Source: Gracilinanus agilis (taxonomy: Eukaryota). From it: a DNA stretch of 64,000 nt. Shown here piece after piece: positions 25,001 through 37,030 of the stretch (positions are counted from its first letter, which is position 1; each line of letters begins with the position of its first letter). The stretch covers positions 265,966,662-266,030,661 of the forward strand of contig NC_058131.1 in the NCBI RefSeq assembly GCF_016433145.1. The letters run 5' to 3'. A program made the translations under genes and the position numbers. The notes under the pieces were generated by a model. It saw only the letters and a program-made list of their open reading frames with translations. It was not told the DNA's origin and ran no database searches.

Positions 25001-27179
25001 AGCAATGAAATGTTCCTTCTAAATAGATATTCAAGGAGACATCATAAAACTGAGACTAGAAAGTTGGGGTTCCCCCTCCAACTCTTCCAGAGATGGAACA
25101 GAATAACTGGTCATTCCAGTAAGAGAAAATAGAAGAGGAAAAAAGCCATGTAAAGATGTGTTTCATCACTAGCAATATATAATTCTACTCGACAGAAATC
25201 AATGAAATGCCAAGACAAAACAATGGAAAGGAGAAAAACCACTACTAGAATTTTATTAATAAGAAATTTTTCCCCTGAAAAACATCCAACAGACAAGAAA
25301 AGAGATCCAGTGCTCACAACGTAATTAGCTTCTTTATGCTCTTTCAAAACAAATTTCAAACTCAATCAAACTTCTGTGAGGGGTTGGATAAATAGGAAAT
25401 CTCAATAGAAACAGAGACAAACTATTTTTAAGATCTTTAAACAATCTACCTTAATTGCCTCAAGTATTAAATTTCTGTTCAAAGTGGAGCACATAGATCT
25501 GCTTTCCTTTTTCTGATGCAGTGAAATGAATGATGAAACTGGAGTCAAAGACTGGAGTTTGAATCCTAGCTCTGCCATCTACTACCTGTATGACCTTGAA
25601 CAATTTCCAATTCTCTCATATTCAATTTCCTCATTTGGAAATAGGGACTTAGACTAGATAATCCACAATATTTCTCCCAGCTCTAATTCTGCAACGCTAT
25701 GGATGTCTAACAAATAAAGAACAGTTATTTAAGATTTACATACACAACAAAAAGGACAAAGTAACAAACACAAAACATACTAGGACAAAAATTTTAGCCT
25801 TTGTAAGAATAAAATGAAGTGATATAGTTTCTTAAAAGCAAATAAGCCCATAATATAATCAAGTTGGAAAATGCAAAAGCTAATGTTAGGTAAGCTCTAT
25901 ATAAATGGAAGATAAGAGACCTATATAATAGAGACCATGAAACTTTTTTTTAAATCTTAGCTTTCACATAGGTATTAATAGTCATCTACTTTGACTTTTT
26001 TACCATGTTTCCTCTTCATGATTTACAGTTACAAAGAAAAAAACTGTCAGACCTGAAATTTATGGGTTGTGTAGACTTTGAAGTTATATCTCACTAACAT
26101 GAACAAGCTAGAGATACAGGGTAAGAGGTAGATAAACTTTCACCTTTAAATCTATACTTCAGAGATGCTCTTCTACTAAGCAAGGAAGTTCAGATACATA
26201 TACTACATACATATTATGTTTCTAAGTAAGAGAAAAAAATCCCAAGAAAAAACACTAATTTCCAATACTACCACTCAAAGGCAATTCTTAAAGAAATGGG
26301 AAAGTGGAAGTCTCAAAGCCTAGATTAAGAATCACTCTAGGTTACAAACAAATAGCTACACATATAAGTCTTAAGTTCCAATAATTTCTATATGCTAACT
26401 CAAGCAATTTGGTGACAGGACAGTAGAGAAAGCTCATCTGTGTTGCAGTAATGTAAGTTAACAAGTACAGTAATTACTAAGTACTCACAAGGGGGCTTAG
26501 ACAAAAATAACGATTTATCATGGTCCATGTACTCAAGGAGTTTGCAATCCAGTAAAAGATCAAGGACATCAATACAAAATTAAAGTTTATTTTTGTTAAA
26601 TTAAAATATATTCTACTCTGCACATAAAATTATATTAAAGTATATAGTAGTACAGAAAGAACATTGGACTTGGAATCAGAAGATCTGGAGGCTCCAACAT
26701 TCACTAGGTAGCTAGGTGACCTTAGGCAAACCACTTCACTTTTCTAACTTTCAGTTTTTTACTTGCAAAATGGAAATCCTTCATTCTACCTACCTTTTCA
26801 TAAGGATGCAGGGAGGAATAAATTTGTATAAATCTTAAAGTTCTCTCTCTATGGTAACTATATCACAATGAAGTTATTAACAGAAACCCTATAGAAATCA
26901 TTGCATTTTCATTTCTAGCTGAGAAAAGATTTTGAAGATCTCCAATAAGAAAAATCCATAAAGCTGCCACCTCCAGGGTAAGCTTACCTGACATGAAAAC
27001 AAATACTATGACACCAATCTGATGTAGGCAAAATAAGAGACAAATGTTATCATGGGATTATAGCTAGGTTTTCTTAGATTTCAGGCAAAGAATAGTGTTT
27101 TATTTACTCTCAAAAAAATCACTTACATGTCAATTGATTCTAATTTTTAAATAAGTATAAGTAAGGGGGGGGGGAGACA

Positions 27180-27425
27180 AGCATTTATTAAGTGACTACT
27201 ATGTACAGTACAGATACTATGCTAATAAGTTCTTTGATCACATTTTTGATCCTCACATCAATCCTGTGAGGTAGGTGCTATTTTTATTCCCAATTTAGTT
27301 GAGAAAACTGAAGCAGATAGAGCTTAAGCCAACTTATCCAGGGTCACACAGCAAGGAAATATCTGAGAATGGATTAGAACTCATTTTTTCCAGCCTCTAA
27401 GCTAAATGCTCTGTGCCACTGAGGT
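27180..27425 (-). mobile_element. MIR just downstream of GMEB2 exon 2
   Basis: GCATTTATTAAG...GAGAAAACTGAAGCAG...CCAGGGTCACACAGC. Confidence 0.7.
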
Positions 27426-27564
27426 CCCTCTTAGGAAAAACTTGCAGAATCCTACTCTTTTAAAATATCCAAGAAAAAGTATTTTGTCTATAGTAAAGAC
27501 AAAATCCTAACAAAATTCCAATTTTTAGCCTTGCAAAAAGCAAGATGAAAGATCATTTTCTTAC

Positions 27565-27695
27565 CCATGAGAAGCCAGGTTTGTTGTCACCAACACAGTT
27601 TTCACTTCTTCCACACCACTGCCATCAACTGCATTGTCAGGTGTTGTCACAACCACTACTTCCTCCATGTGGACACTCACATCAGGGGTTGCCAT
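27565..27695 (-). CDS. GMEB2: GMEB2 first coding exon (exon 2; whole exon about 27565-27756 with 61 nt of 5'UTR)
   Basis: ATG at 27695 reads MATPDVSVHMEEVVVVTTPDNAVDGSGVEEVKTVLVTTNLASHG, the GMEB2 N-terminus as I recall it. Donor GG|GTAAGA at 27564; acceptor tttggccag at 27757-27758; 131 coding nt, ends in phase 2. Confidence 0.97.
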
Positions 27696-30600
27696 GATTA
27701 GTCAGATGAGGATACCAATTACCAGTAATGCAGAGACTCCCCCAGGATTATAAGTCCTGGCCAAAAAATAAATAAGATCACAAATGGGTCACAGGGCAGT
27801 CTTTTTTGAATAAAATAACTAAAGGGGAAAACCAACTAATTTTTTAAATGCTCAAAAAAAGTTCAGTATGATATAAATCATCCCCCAATCCAACTTATGA
27901 CCCAATTATTTTGAGCAAAATCTACTAATATTAAAATTCTAGTACAACAAAAAAGTCACAGCAGTCGTATCCAGGTAATTTTAAGAATTTTTGTTTGATA
28001 CATAGAAAATGGAATTTTTGATGAAAATGAACACTTACTTACAACTATATTTCTATTACAAAAGTTTTCATATTGAAATACACAATGCGCGGTGTACAAG
28101 ATTATATAAGCTTTATCGGTTAAGTCTACTATAGTAAAGTCTGAGTATTCTAAAAAAATAAATAAAAACCTTTCAAGCTGCTATTAACTAACTAAAGGCA
28201 AAGTTCCCTCTTACTACACACAATCCTTCTTCCTCAACTTAAAATATGTACATAAACAGCATATCCTAGCAATTTTTTTTTGACTCAGATTAGTTACAGG
28301 ACTTCCAGATTTGGGAGAAACAAATAGGTATCTAAAGACCTATCATTTCTAAAAAACCACTAGGATATGGTGTTTTTGAGCAAAGTCCCTCCCTTTAGTA
28401 GTTCTGATCTAATGGCCTGCAGAGAAGATCCTATAAGTATGGTCAACACTTCAAAGTGTCATATGTCCCAACAACTTAAGAAGTAATAACCCAGGATGCC
28501 TAGCATCAGTAGATGTTATGTTTCCAAATAATGTAGGAATTGGTGAAAAGAACCTCATCAAAGAAGCACAGCATGGCTATACCATAACTGACCAACAGTC
28601 ACAGCTCTGAGAAGCAAAATTCAGCTTACTAGAAAAAGAAGGAAAATAGTCAGCTGGATATGCTCTTGATCAAGTACATACCAGAAAAAAATGGGCAGAT
28701 GGTTTTCCTTTTTTCTTATTTAAACTCTCTAAAGAAATACCTAGTAAACTTTTACTAATAATCTTCACTAAATTAGATTTAAAGTCAGATTAGCCATGTT
28801 AAATTTTATATAGCTCTCAACTCCAATAATTGCTAATAAAATCTACTGTTTCAAGTATTTAAAAAACAAGTAGTATATCATACGCTACATTTCAAGAGTG
28901 TTAGTAACACCTTTTACTATGATGATATCAAGATAATAACATCACTAAGACAAGGTTGTTTTTTTTCTAATAGAGGTGATAAGATTTGCCCAGACCCATG
29001 CATATTCTCACCCATTTTTGTGACCTGGTACTTTCTAGATAACTAGCCAATTCAATATTTAATGTGCCCAAAATTGAATGGCTCTAGGTAAATCTAATAC
29101 CTTGGTTTATTTCCTTAGTCAATACTTACTTAGCATCTAGTTTCTTCAAGGTATAAAATTTTACAAAAAAACCCTCAGTAGTTATCCTTTGCTTAAAAAA
29201 ATATTATTTTCTCTAATTAATATAAAAGGATGGGCCAAATTTTAGTTAAGTATCTGAATGCTCAGGAGTCATCTCAGGGTTGATACTCTAACTTTTGAAT
29301 AGCAAACCAAATCAATAGACCATAATTATGTGTTCATACTTATGTACAAATTTTGCACTAAATAGAACAGACGTAATAGTAGTTTTTAACTTAATTTGGT
29401 TTAAATGGAGGGTGAGTGGAATGTGCATACCTTTACAAAAGGTTTATTAACTTGTACATTCAGATGGCTATCAATTCTTGGTCCACAAATAATGGTGAAG
29501 ACAGTGGACAATTATCAGGAACATGGTACTTGCCCACAACTTTTAGAATCCTCCTCTCCCTAAATATGAATTATTCTTCCAACTCTCCTAATTTGGCAAT
29601 CAGAAATAAGCGAGTTTGGTAATAGGTGAGGTAAAAGAACTTGGTCACCAAACAGGGTTTACAAGTCTACCACACTACAAATTACATCACTTTTCTCTTA
29701 AGTCCTAGATATATAAAATCAACTAAGTATGAAGATAGTACTTAAATATACATTTCTAAGATACATGGGAAGTACCATCTCAAAAAAAAAACAAATGTTT
29801 CTTAGGGTAAAGTAGCATGAAAAAAATTATGGGTGGGTGTCTAAGATAGAATGTTTTCTGAGACAAAGGGTTTAGGTGGGGAAGGAATTCTGAGAGAAAA
29901 GAGGAAAGAATTCTAAGAACATAAATGATAGACATCTTGGAATAAGGCCCAAGGAATCTCAAAGATAAGGGGAAAATACTGCTTTAGGGGGCCATGGGAA
30001 AGTGACAAATGAGGGAAACCATATAAAAGAAAAGAAAGTTTAAGTATATAAATAAAGAAACAGCTGCAAAAAGTACTCTTACATAATACATTGTTTATTA
30101 ATTGGTTCAATTTTAAACAAAACATTAAGCTAATACAATGTCTGTATGGAGTGGAAGGGAAGTGTTCACATGTGCATGAGCATATCTTCCAGTTGCTGCA
30201 TGTGACCCAGCCTGTGCCAGAATCTCCAGAAGACGGGCTCCATTTTCAAACAATTCTGCGAGAGAAGCTGCAAAATTGAAGCTAGTTATATTTACAGTTT
30301 TAAATTCGTACTCTAAAGTGTATTAAACGCACTCTATGAATTATATAGGTTTAAAACAAACTTCACATTTACATAAGCAGCCTAAGCCTCCTACATAAAG
30401 GGCTATAAATTTAAGATACATATACATGCACAATCATTTTAAGAATGTCACACTTTAAAAAAAAATCACATTTAATTAATTCTAAAGTAAATATCCTACC
30501 CTGATTCAGTTCTAGTTCTTTATTTTAACTTTTCTTCTTAAATGTTAGCTGTTTTCATAACTGGAAACACTTACATCAAAAAAAAGGGACACTCATATTT

Positions 30601-32118
30601 TCTCATCTTTATTAATAATTTACCTGCAGGAAATTGCTCTGTTCATTGTAGTTATGCTGAGCTCTGAGCTCTTCTGTTATACTAAAATTGCCAAATTTAA
30701 AATCAAAATTTGACTCTCTTAGTGCCAGGCAAAGCCTCAAATGAATTTTTCTCAAACATATATATTTGTTTGTAGTTTGTCTCCCTCATTAGAATATGAA
30801 TTCCTTGAGAGCAAGAAGCATGTTTTTACTTTCTTCGTATCCCCCATAATTAGCACAGATTGGGCACATAATATACACCCAATAAATGTCTGGAGACCAT
30901 CATTATTGAATAAATTCCAAATTCCTTATCCTGGGATTCAAGGCCTTCCAAATCTTGCTTGACTAATTGTTTTATAACAGATAAAAACTAAACAAAATTG
31001 TTACCGCTCCAATGGAAAAAATTTCTATATTCGTTGGAAGTAAATTTAACATAGGACGTCTATACATTATCCTTAACTATAAAATAAACTACATGGCAAA
31101 AGATTACTAAGGTTACAAAAGGTTATTAAGACTTGATGCCAGAGTACCCACATAACTTTCCAGCTATCTCTTCATTCAATACTGTGTGATAAATTCAAAG
31201 ACAACAGATTACATTTTGTGCCCAAATATAAAACCTGAATAGAAATTACAAAAAGTTATGAACTACATTTTACATAAGAACTGTATACAAAAAACAAGGT
31301 AAATACAAATATAATACCAATTTTAATGTTCTATCAGTACACTCAAAATCAAAATCCTGGCTTTTCCATTTCTTATGGAAATGCCAGTTATTTCTCTTTG
31401 GACAAAATGCTATACAAAACAGACAAATAATAATGGAAATTCGTTTTTTCATCTGAAAGCACATCTGAGGAACTTTACTAGTACAAAAGTGAAAAAGGTA
31501 AGTTTTTTGGGGAATGTACAAATACACTTGCCAAAGTATCCTAAATATACATCTTATAATATACATTTCACCCAAGCTCTCTCCCTAAAAAAAAAGATAA
31601 CTATGAAACCAAGAATTTATTTTATTTCTCTTGTTATGGATATCTATTTCAGCTTCTTTTTTCAAAAGATAATTGAACTGGCATAACCAAAACCCTAAGT
31701 TGTATATATAATTTATTTTCAAAGAATGAAAAAAAATTTTTTTTCACAAACCAGCTGGCTAAAAGAAGTAATAGAGGGGGAAAAACTGTGATAATAAGTT
31801 ACTTTCATGACAATTATTGAGCTCTCACTAGCTCAAGGGCTAATATAGGCCATCTTCCACTCAGAGAACTTTCAATCTGGTATAGAAGATATGATATAGA
31901 CATCCAAAAAATATATATTAACATGGTTATTGTGAGAAGGCACTTGTGGAACTCATTCTTACCACAGAAAATAGTTTATACAACACATGCACAGTATGTA
32001 CACTATAAACATAAGTACTGAAAGCCAAAAGTTGGTATTCAACTATTTGGGGGGACTTGTAAATCATTTCAGTATCTTCCTCTCAACTACAATTATGCTT
32101 TTTTTTAAAAAATTGGCA

Positions 32119-32315
32119 TGGAGCAGTTAGTTGGTTCAATGGAGAGGGTCAAGCTTAGAGTCCGAAGGTCCTGGGTTGAAATCTTAACTTGGACAGCTGT
32201 GTGACCCTGGGCAAGTCACTTGACCCCCATTGCCTAGCCCTTACCACTCTTCTGCCTTGGATCCAATTCACTGTATTGATTCTAGGATGAAAGGTAAAGG
32301 TTTAAAAAAAAAAAA
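32119..32315 (+). mobile_element. Opossum SINE1-type CORE-SINE
   Basis: Head, core and GGTAAAGGTTTAAAAA tail present. Confidence 0.85.
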
Positions 32316-34981
32316 GCAAATTATTGTTTGGTATTTAGAATTGATCTCTTTTCAAAGAAAAAGTAATGCAAAAAATGTACTCTTCAGTGACAAGTTTTTT
32401 GAACAAAATATAATCTCATCCACATTATTAATAGAGTTCTTGTAAATGGGTCTATTTTTTATACAAAAAGCTTAACAGTGTATTCCTAAAAATATAATGC
32501 CTAACCTTATAACTAAATTTTCATTGTTATATCTATCATGTGTTTGTGAAAATAAACAGTTCTAAGTATTTTTTTAAGTCTTGTTAAGAAACTTCAAAAC
32601 AGAGGAAGTACATTTTTAAATGAATTTAAAGTGAAAGCAAAAGAAATCAGTAAAATAAAAGAAAAAGATGTTTAAAACATTGTAGTTTGACAGTTAAACC
32701 ACAATTAATGCTCTCAAATTTATCAGGAGTTTTTAACTTTTTATCTGTTTTAAGAAATATTAGAAAGTTTCATTAACATTAATTCTAATCTTTAAATTAA
32801 TAGGGACTCTCAATTATGTTTTCACAGTTAAATTTTACTAGTCAGATAAATAATAATGCAGCTAAGGCAAAAGGATCCTTTCACACAAAACTGTATCATC
32901 AACCAGTACTCTGTTCCTTTTAAAACTATTTTTAAAACATCAGCTTCACCCAGAGGTATGTACTCCCCCACATCTCAGCAACCAAGAGAAATATATGGAT
33001 GAACTTCTCATTTCTACACAGATACTCTACACCCACATATAAAAGTTACACATACAAGTTCCCACTTGAGTACACCTACAGTTGGGTGGTTTGCTCACTC
33101 ATTTTCTAAATGCATTCAGTTCTTCATAAAGCAAAAAATGCTTAAGTACATTAAGTCTCCTAATACTATCTATAACTTATTTTGCACATACGTTCAGGGA
33201 CTAGTTTCATGTACCCAAAAAGGTGTTTTCTATTTTTCCTTACTCATCACCCACCCTTTCAAAAATGACAGACTCCAACCCAAGACACCCAAGCAATTGC
33301 TGAAATTTGCTTTTTTTTTTTTTTAAGTGAGAGAAAAAAAGGCCCAAAAAGAGCCATATTTTACAAGAACTTTCCCCTTCCTACCCACACTGCCAGTAGG
33401 TCTACAGTCCTGTGGACAAATCAAGAAAGAATCTGGATAACAAGTATACTTCTGCCCTTAAATATCTTAATTTAAATAAATTCAGATTTGGAGCCTTAAC
33501 TGTATGGACAACAGTACTGTGGTTGTATAAGGCTGTATAATGTCAATAACATCCCCCTCAAATAATCCAATTTTCCATCAAATGCGATGATTATTGGGAT
33601 TCTAGCACAATACGATTTTTCTCCAACGTTCTTTTTCGTGCTAATTAGCTGCTTTAATATTCACACTATAACACCACTGACAAAAGAGGAAAAAATACTG
33701 GTTTTCCTTTTAAAACTCGGCATAATGCTGCTCTGCAGCAAGTGCAGTGTTTTACCATGGGGTGGGGGGGCGCGAAAAAACGCTTCCTCAGTCAATGGGG
33801 GAGATTCAGGGCCTTGCGTGGCCAAGACTGGTAACTTTCAGGGGTGTTTGAGACTGACTCGGGAACCTCCTGACAGCAGCGCCCGAGAAGAGGCCAACAG
33901 GGGCCGGGCGGGGCGGGGCGCGGGTGCCAGGCAGCGAGCGGCCCGAGACAGTGAGGGGAGGGCGGAAACGCCACTTTCCAACGGCGTCGCAAAGAAGGGC
34001 ACGCCGCCCATCCCCGTCCAGCGCGGCGCGGGCCCCCCCTCCTTCCCTTCTCCCTCCTTCTCCTTCTCCTCCTCCTCCTCCCAGACACTCGGGCCGGCCT
34101 ACTCGGGAAGCACAGGGCCGGGCAGCCAGACGGAGGCCGCAAACCAAAGCTCGGGGAATTGCACCAGGGCGGGGGAGCAGAATTTTGCAGGCAGCACCAC
34201 CTGGGGAGGGGAGGGCTTCGGACCAACCTGGACCCGGCACATGCAACGGCAGGGTGGCCGCGCGATAGCGGGGGGCGGGGAGCCAGCTCCGGGCAAGTAA
34301 TGGAGGGAACCAAAAAGGCGCCGCGGGGAGCTGTTCACCAGGCATGCGGCTGCGAAAGGGAAGCCTACAGGATGCATGCAACTGGGGGAGGGGGGGGGCT
34401 CCAGAGGAAAGAACGGGAGAGCGGGGCGAGGGAGGAGGCTACGGGAGACGAGGCTCTCCCGGAGGGAGGAGTGCGGGTCGGCATGCACGCGCCACCCACC
34501 CGCTCCGGGAAGCTGGAGGGGGGAAGCGGCGGCGGAGGCGGCTGGTGGGGACACCACCAACCTTCCCAACCCCCCACCCAGGCCGCCTTTTCCAGTCGGT
34601 CCCAGTCCCCTTCCTCCCTTCCCCCACCACTACCCTCCTTTTCCCTTTCCCCCTCCCCCCCGTGGGGGCAGAGGCGCGAGGCGAGGGGAGGGCGTGGGAA
34701 TGGCCTGACGCACGCGGCAGCCGGCTTCGTCTCGCGCCGTATTTACGCTGCAGTCACTGCCGCCGGCGGCCGTTGCGGCCGTTGCCGCCGCCGTCGCCGT
34801 CGCCGTCGCCTCCTCCTCCTCTTCCCCCCCCTCCTGCCGTAACGTCCTGACGCTCCGCAGGGACCCCTGACTGGACGGACGGGTGCGTGAGGGGAGCCGA
34901 AGAGGCCTCGCCGCGGGGGGGTGAGAGGGAGGTGAGAGGAAGGGATCGGGCCGGGGAGACCCCACTGTGGCTGCCGCTTAC

Positions 34982-35190
34982 CTCGGGGAGAACCGAAACC
35001 AGTCTTGCTCAAACGCCCAAGGACGGGGGCAGGGAAGGGGACGGCGGCGGCGACTCCGCTGGCGAGGACGGCGGCCACTGGGCTCGCTCCTTGTTGGATA
35101 TTCGGCGGCGGCGGCGGCGGCGGCGGCTCGGGCGCGCGCCTCCCGGGTGACGCAGGAGGCGAGGGGCGCGCACGCAGGAGGGGTGCGGAA
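34982..35190 (-). other. GMEB2: Probable non-coding exon 1 of GMEB2 (transcription start approximate)
   Basis: Strong donor GAG|GTAAGC at 34981 inside the CpG island. A minus-oriented CCAAT box at 35262-35266 suggests a start near 35170-35200. Contains a (GCC)8 run. Confidence 0.6.
35103..35126. repeat. (CGG)8 trinucleotide repeat in the putative GMEB2 5'UTR
   Basis: Read directly from the sequence. Confidence 0.95.
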
Positions 35191-36824
35191 GGGGGAGGGG
35201 GTGACTTTTTTGGTGTTCCTGTGGTTTGAAAAGCCTCCGTAGGGAGGCGGGAGCTGGGCTGATTGGGAACCGTGAAATAAGTCCTGGGCGGGCCCCTATG
35301 CGCTTGCGCATGGAAGGCTGAGTCCATGCTGCAGCGAGCAACCGCGTTAGCAGATTCGGGCTTAAACTGGGTGGAGAGGTCAGGGCGTCTTCTCTATAGT
35401 ATCATAGGGGCTTAGAGAAGCTGATTGTGGGTGGGCGTTAAGTGAAAAGAGAGACAGGTATCTCTAATCTAGATGAGTAGGGGGAATACCCAGAAAACTC
35501 CCTATTTCCAGCTGTGGTAGCCTCCCCACCTCTAAAACGGGCATCATAACTTAAATTTACCTTACTCCTTTCACCTCGTAAGAAATTGGACTCAAATGTA
35601 TTTTGATAATGGTCTGAATAGATGTTTACTTTGGGAAAATCCAGCAGGCCAGCGTAGGGGACATCGTCTTTCTCCTTGAGGTACAGTAAGTACCTTCAAA
35701 CGCCTCAGTTTTGCCTAAACTGAACCCTGCTCACAACAACTCTGTTTTCTTGATTCCCAAGTCCAGTATTTTATTCATTGCTCCATTCTGGTAGTATGTG
35801 TGGATGTTGAAGTTCACAATGTGTGAGAGAAAAACTTAAGTAGCTACATATACAAGCCCTTGAAATCTTGAAGAGGCGTCCATTCTGAAAACCATGTACT
35901 TTCTCATCGTTTGCTTAGAAGTTCCTGATATTTATTACCAAAGCAGTAGCAAAATATTTTGATCACCTGGAGAAACACTTATTTTTTCTCCTAATGTAGG
36001 TAACCACAAGGTTATATTTCTCAAATCTCAAAGATTTCTTATGTGATCTCAATATACTTTTAGTTCTGTCAAATTTTAGATATTTTCTTGGAATCAGTGT
36101 GGAGAAGTATTCAGAATAGGGGGAGTCATTTCCTACTATTAAATTGGGGATGTTAAGGTAAAGAGGTTGGGATACTTTACAGGTTCCACTTTACCATGAC
36201 CTTGAAGCAATAGCAAACCTAGCCCCTTTTTTTTCCTTTTTTTAATTTAACAAAAGGCAACTGTTCGAATGGACATTAGAGAGGTAGTGTGCAAGGTAGA
36301 AAGGAAAGTGGTCTTGAGTTAGAATATCCAGGTTTCTATCTTGGTACCACTCTGGGCAGTTCTCTTAATTTTTCTGAGCCCGGGTTTCTTCATATGTGAA
36401 ATACGGAGAGCAAGTGTGATTATTCTCTCATCAGGTTGAGGAAAGTGCTTTGTAAAGTTTAATGTGTTATATAAATTATTATTCCAAAAGATTTTAAGTA
36501 GGCTTTGTACTGAGGCCAAAGCAAGTGTTGTTTGCACTGTATGCATATCTTGTATTATAAAAGAAACTTAGTGTAATTTTTTCCTGAACTACCACTTGCA
36601 AAAGGAAGCTCTTATCCTTTGAAATAATTATTTCAGAGATTAAGCTTGTTTTTATGCCCTTGCTCTGTATTTATATTCATTTGGTTTTAAAATGCCAACT
36701 GCAAATAATGATACATGAGCAATGGAATGTTACTCTTCTGTAAAAAATTATGAATATGGTGAATATTGAGACAAAATGAAGTAAAGCTATATGCAATGAT
36801 GTAGAATGTTAATTTATAAAATAA

Positions 36825-37030
36825 AAGCTAGGTGGCATGTGCTTGGAGTCAAAAAGTCCTGACTTCAAGTCCAAACTCATTTACTAACCTCATTTACTAG
36901 CTGTGTGACCCTGAACAAGTCAATTACCTTGCCATAATTTCCTCAACTATAAAATGGGAATAATAGCACATACCTTGCAGGATTGTTGTGAGGACTAAAT
37001 GTGATAATTGTAATTGCCTAGCATGCAGTA
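36825..37030 (+). mobile_element. MIR
   Basis: TTTACTAGCTGTGTGACCCTG...TTTCCTCAACTATAAAATGGGAATAATAGCAC. Confidence 0.7.

Larger units (their letters stand above)
33750..35400. promoter_or_regulatory. GMEB2: CpG island and promoter of GMEB2 (probably bidirectional)
   Basis: The only long, very GC- and CpG-rich block in a CpG-depleted window, upstream of GMEB2 exon 2. GC boxes at 35242-35251 and 35286-35293, CCAAT at 35262-35266, NRF1-type TGCGCTTGCGCA at 35299-35310, E2F-type TTTTCGCGC (minus) at 33770-33778. Confidence 0.9.

Noticed and set aside
29431-29704. Possible alternative 5'UTR exon of GMEB2 (donor AAG|GTATGC at 29430)
   Set aside because: The acceptor is weak and ambiguous, and nothing else supports it.
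33587-35341. Cluster of long overlapping ORFs (up to 237 aa) on both strands
   Set aside because: Expected in a GC-rich CpG island where stop codons are scarce; the translations are low-complexity Pro/Arg/Gly/Ala with no recognisable domain.
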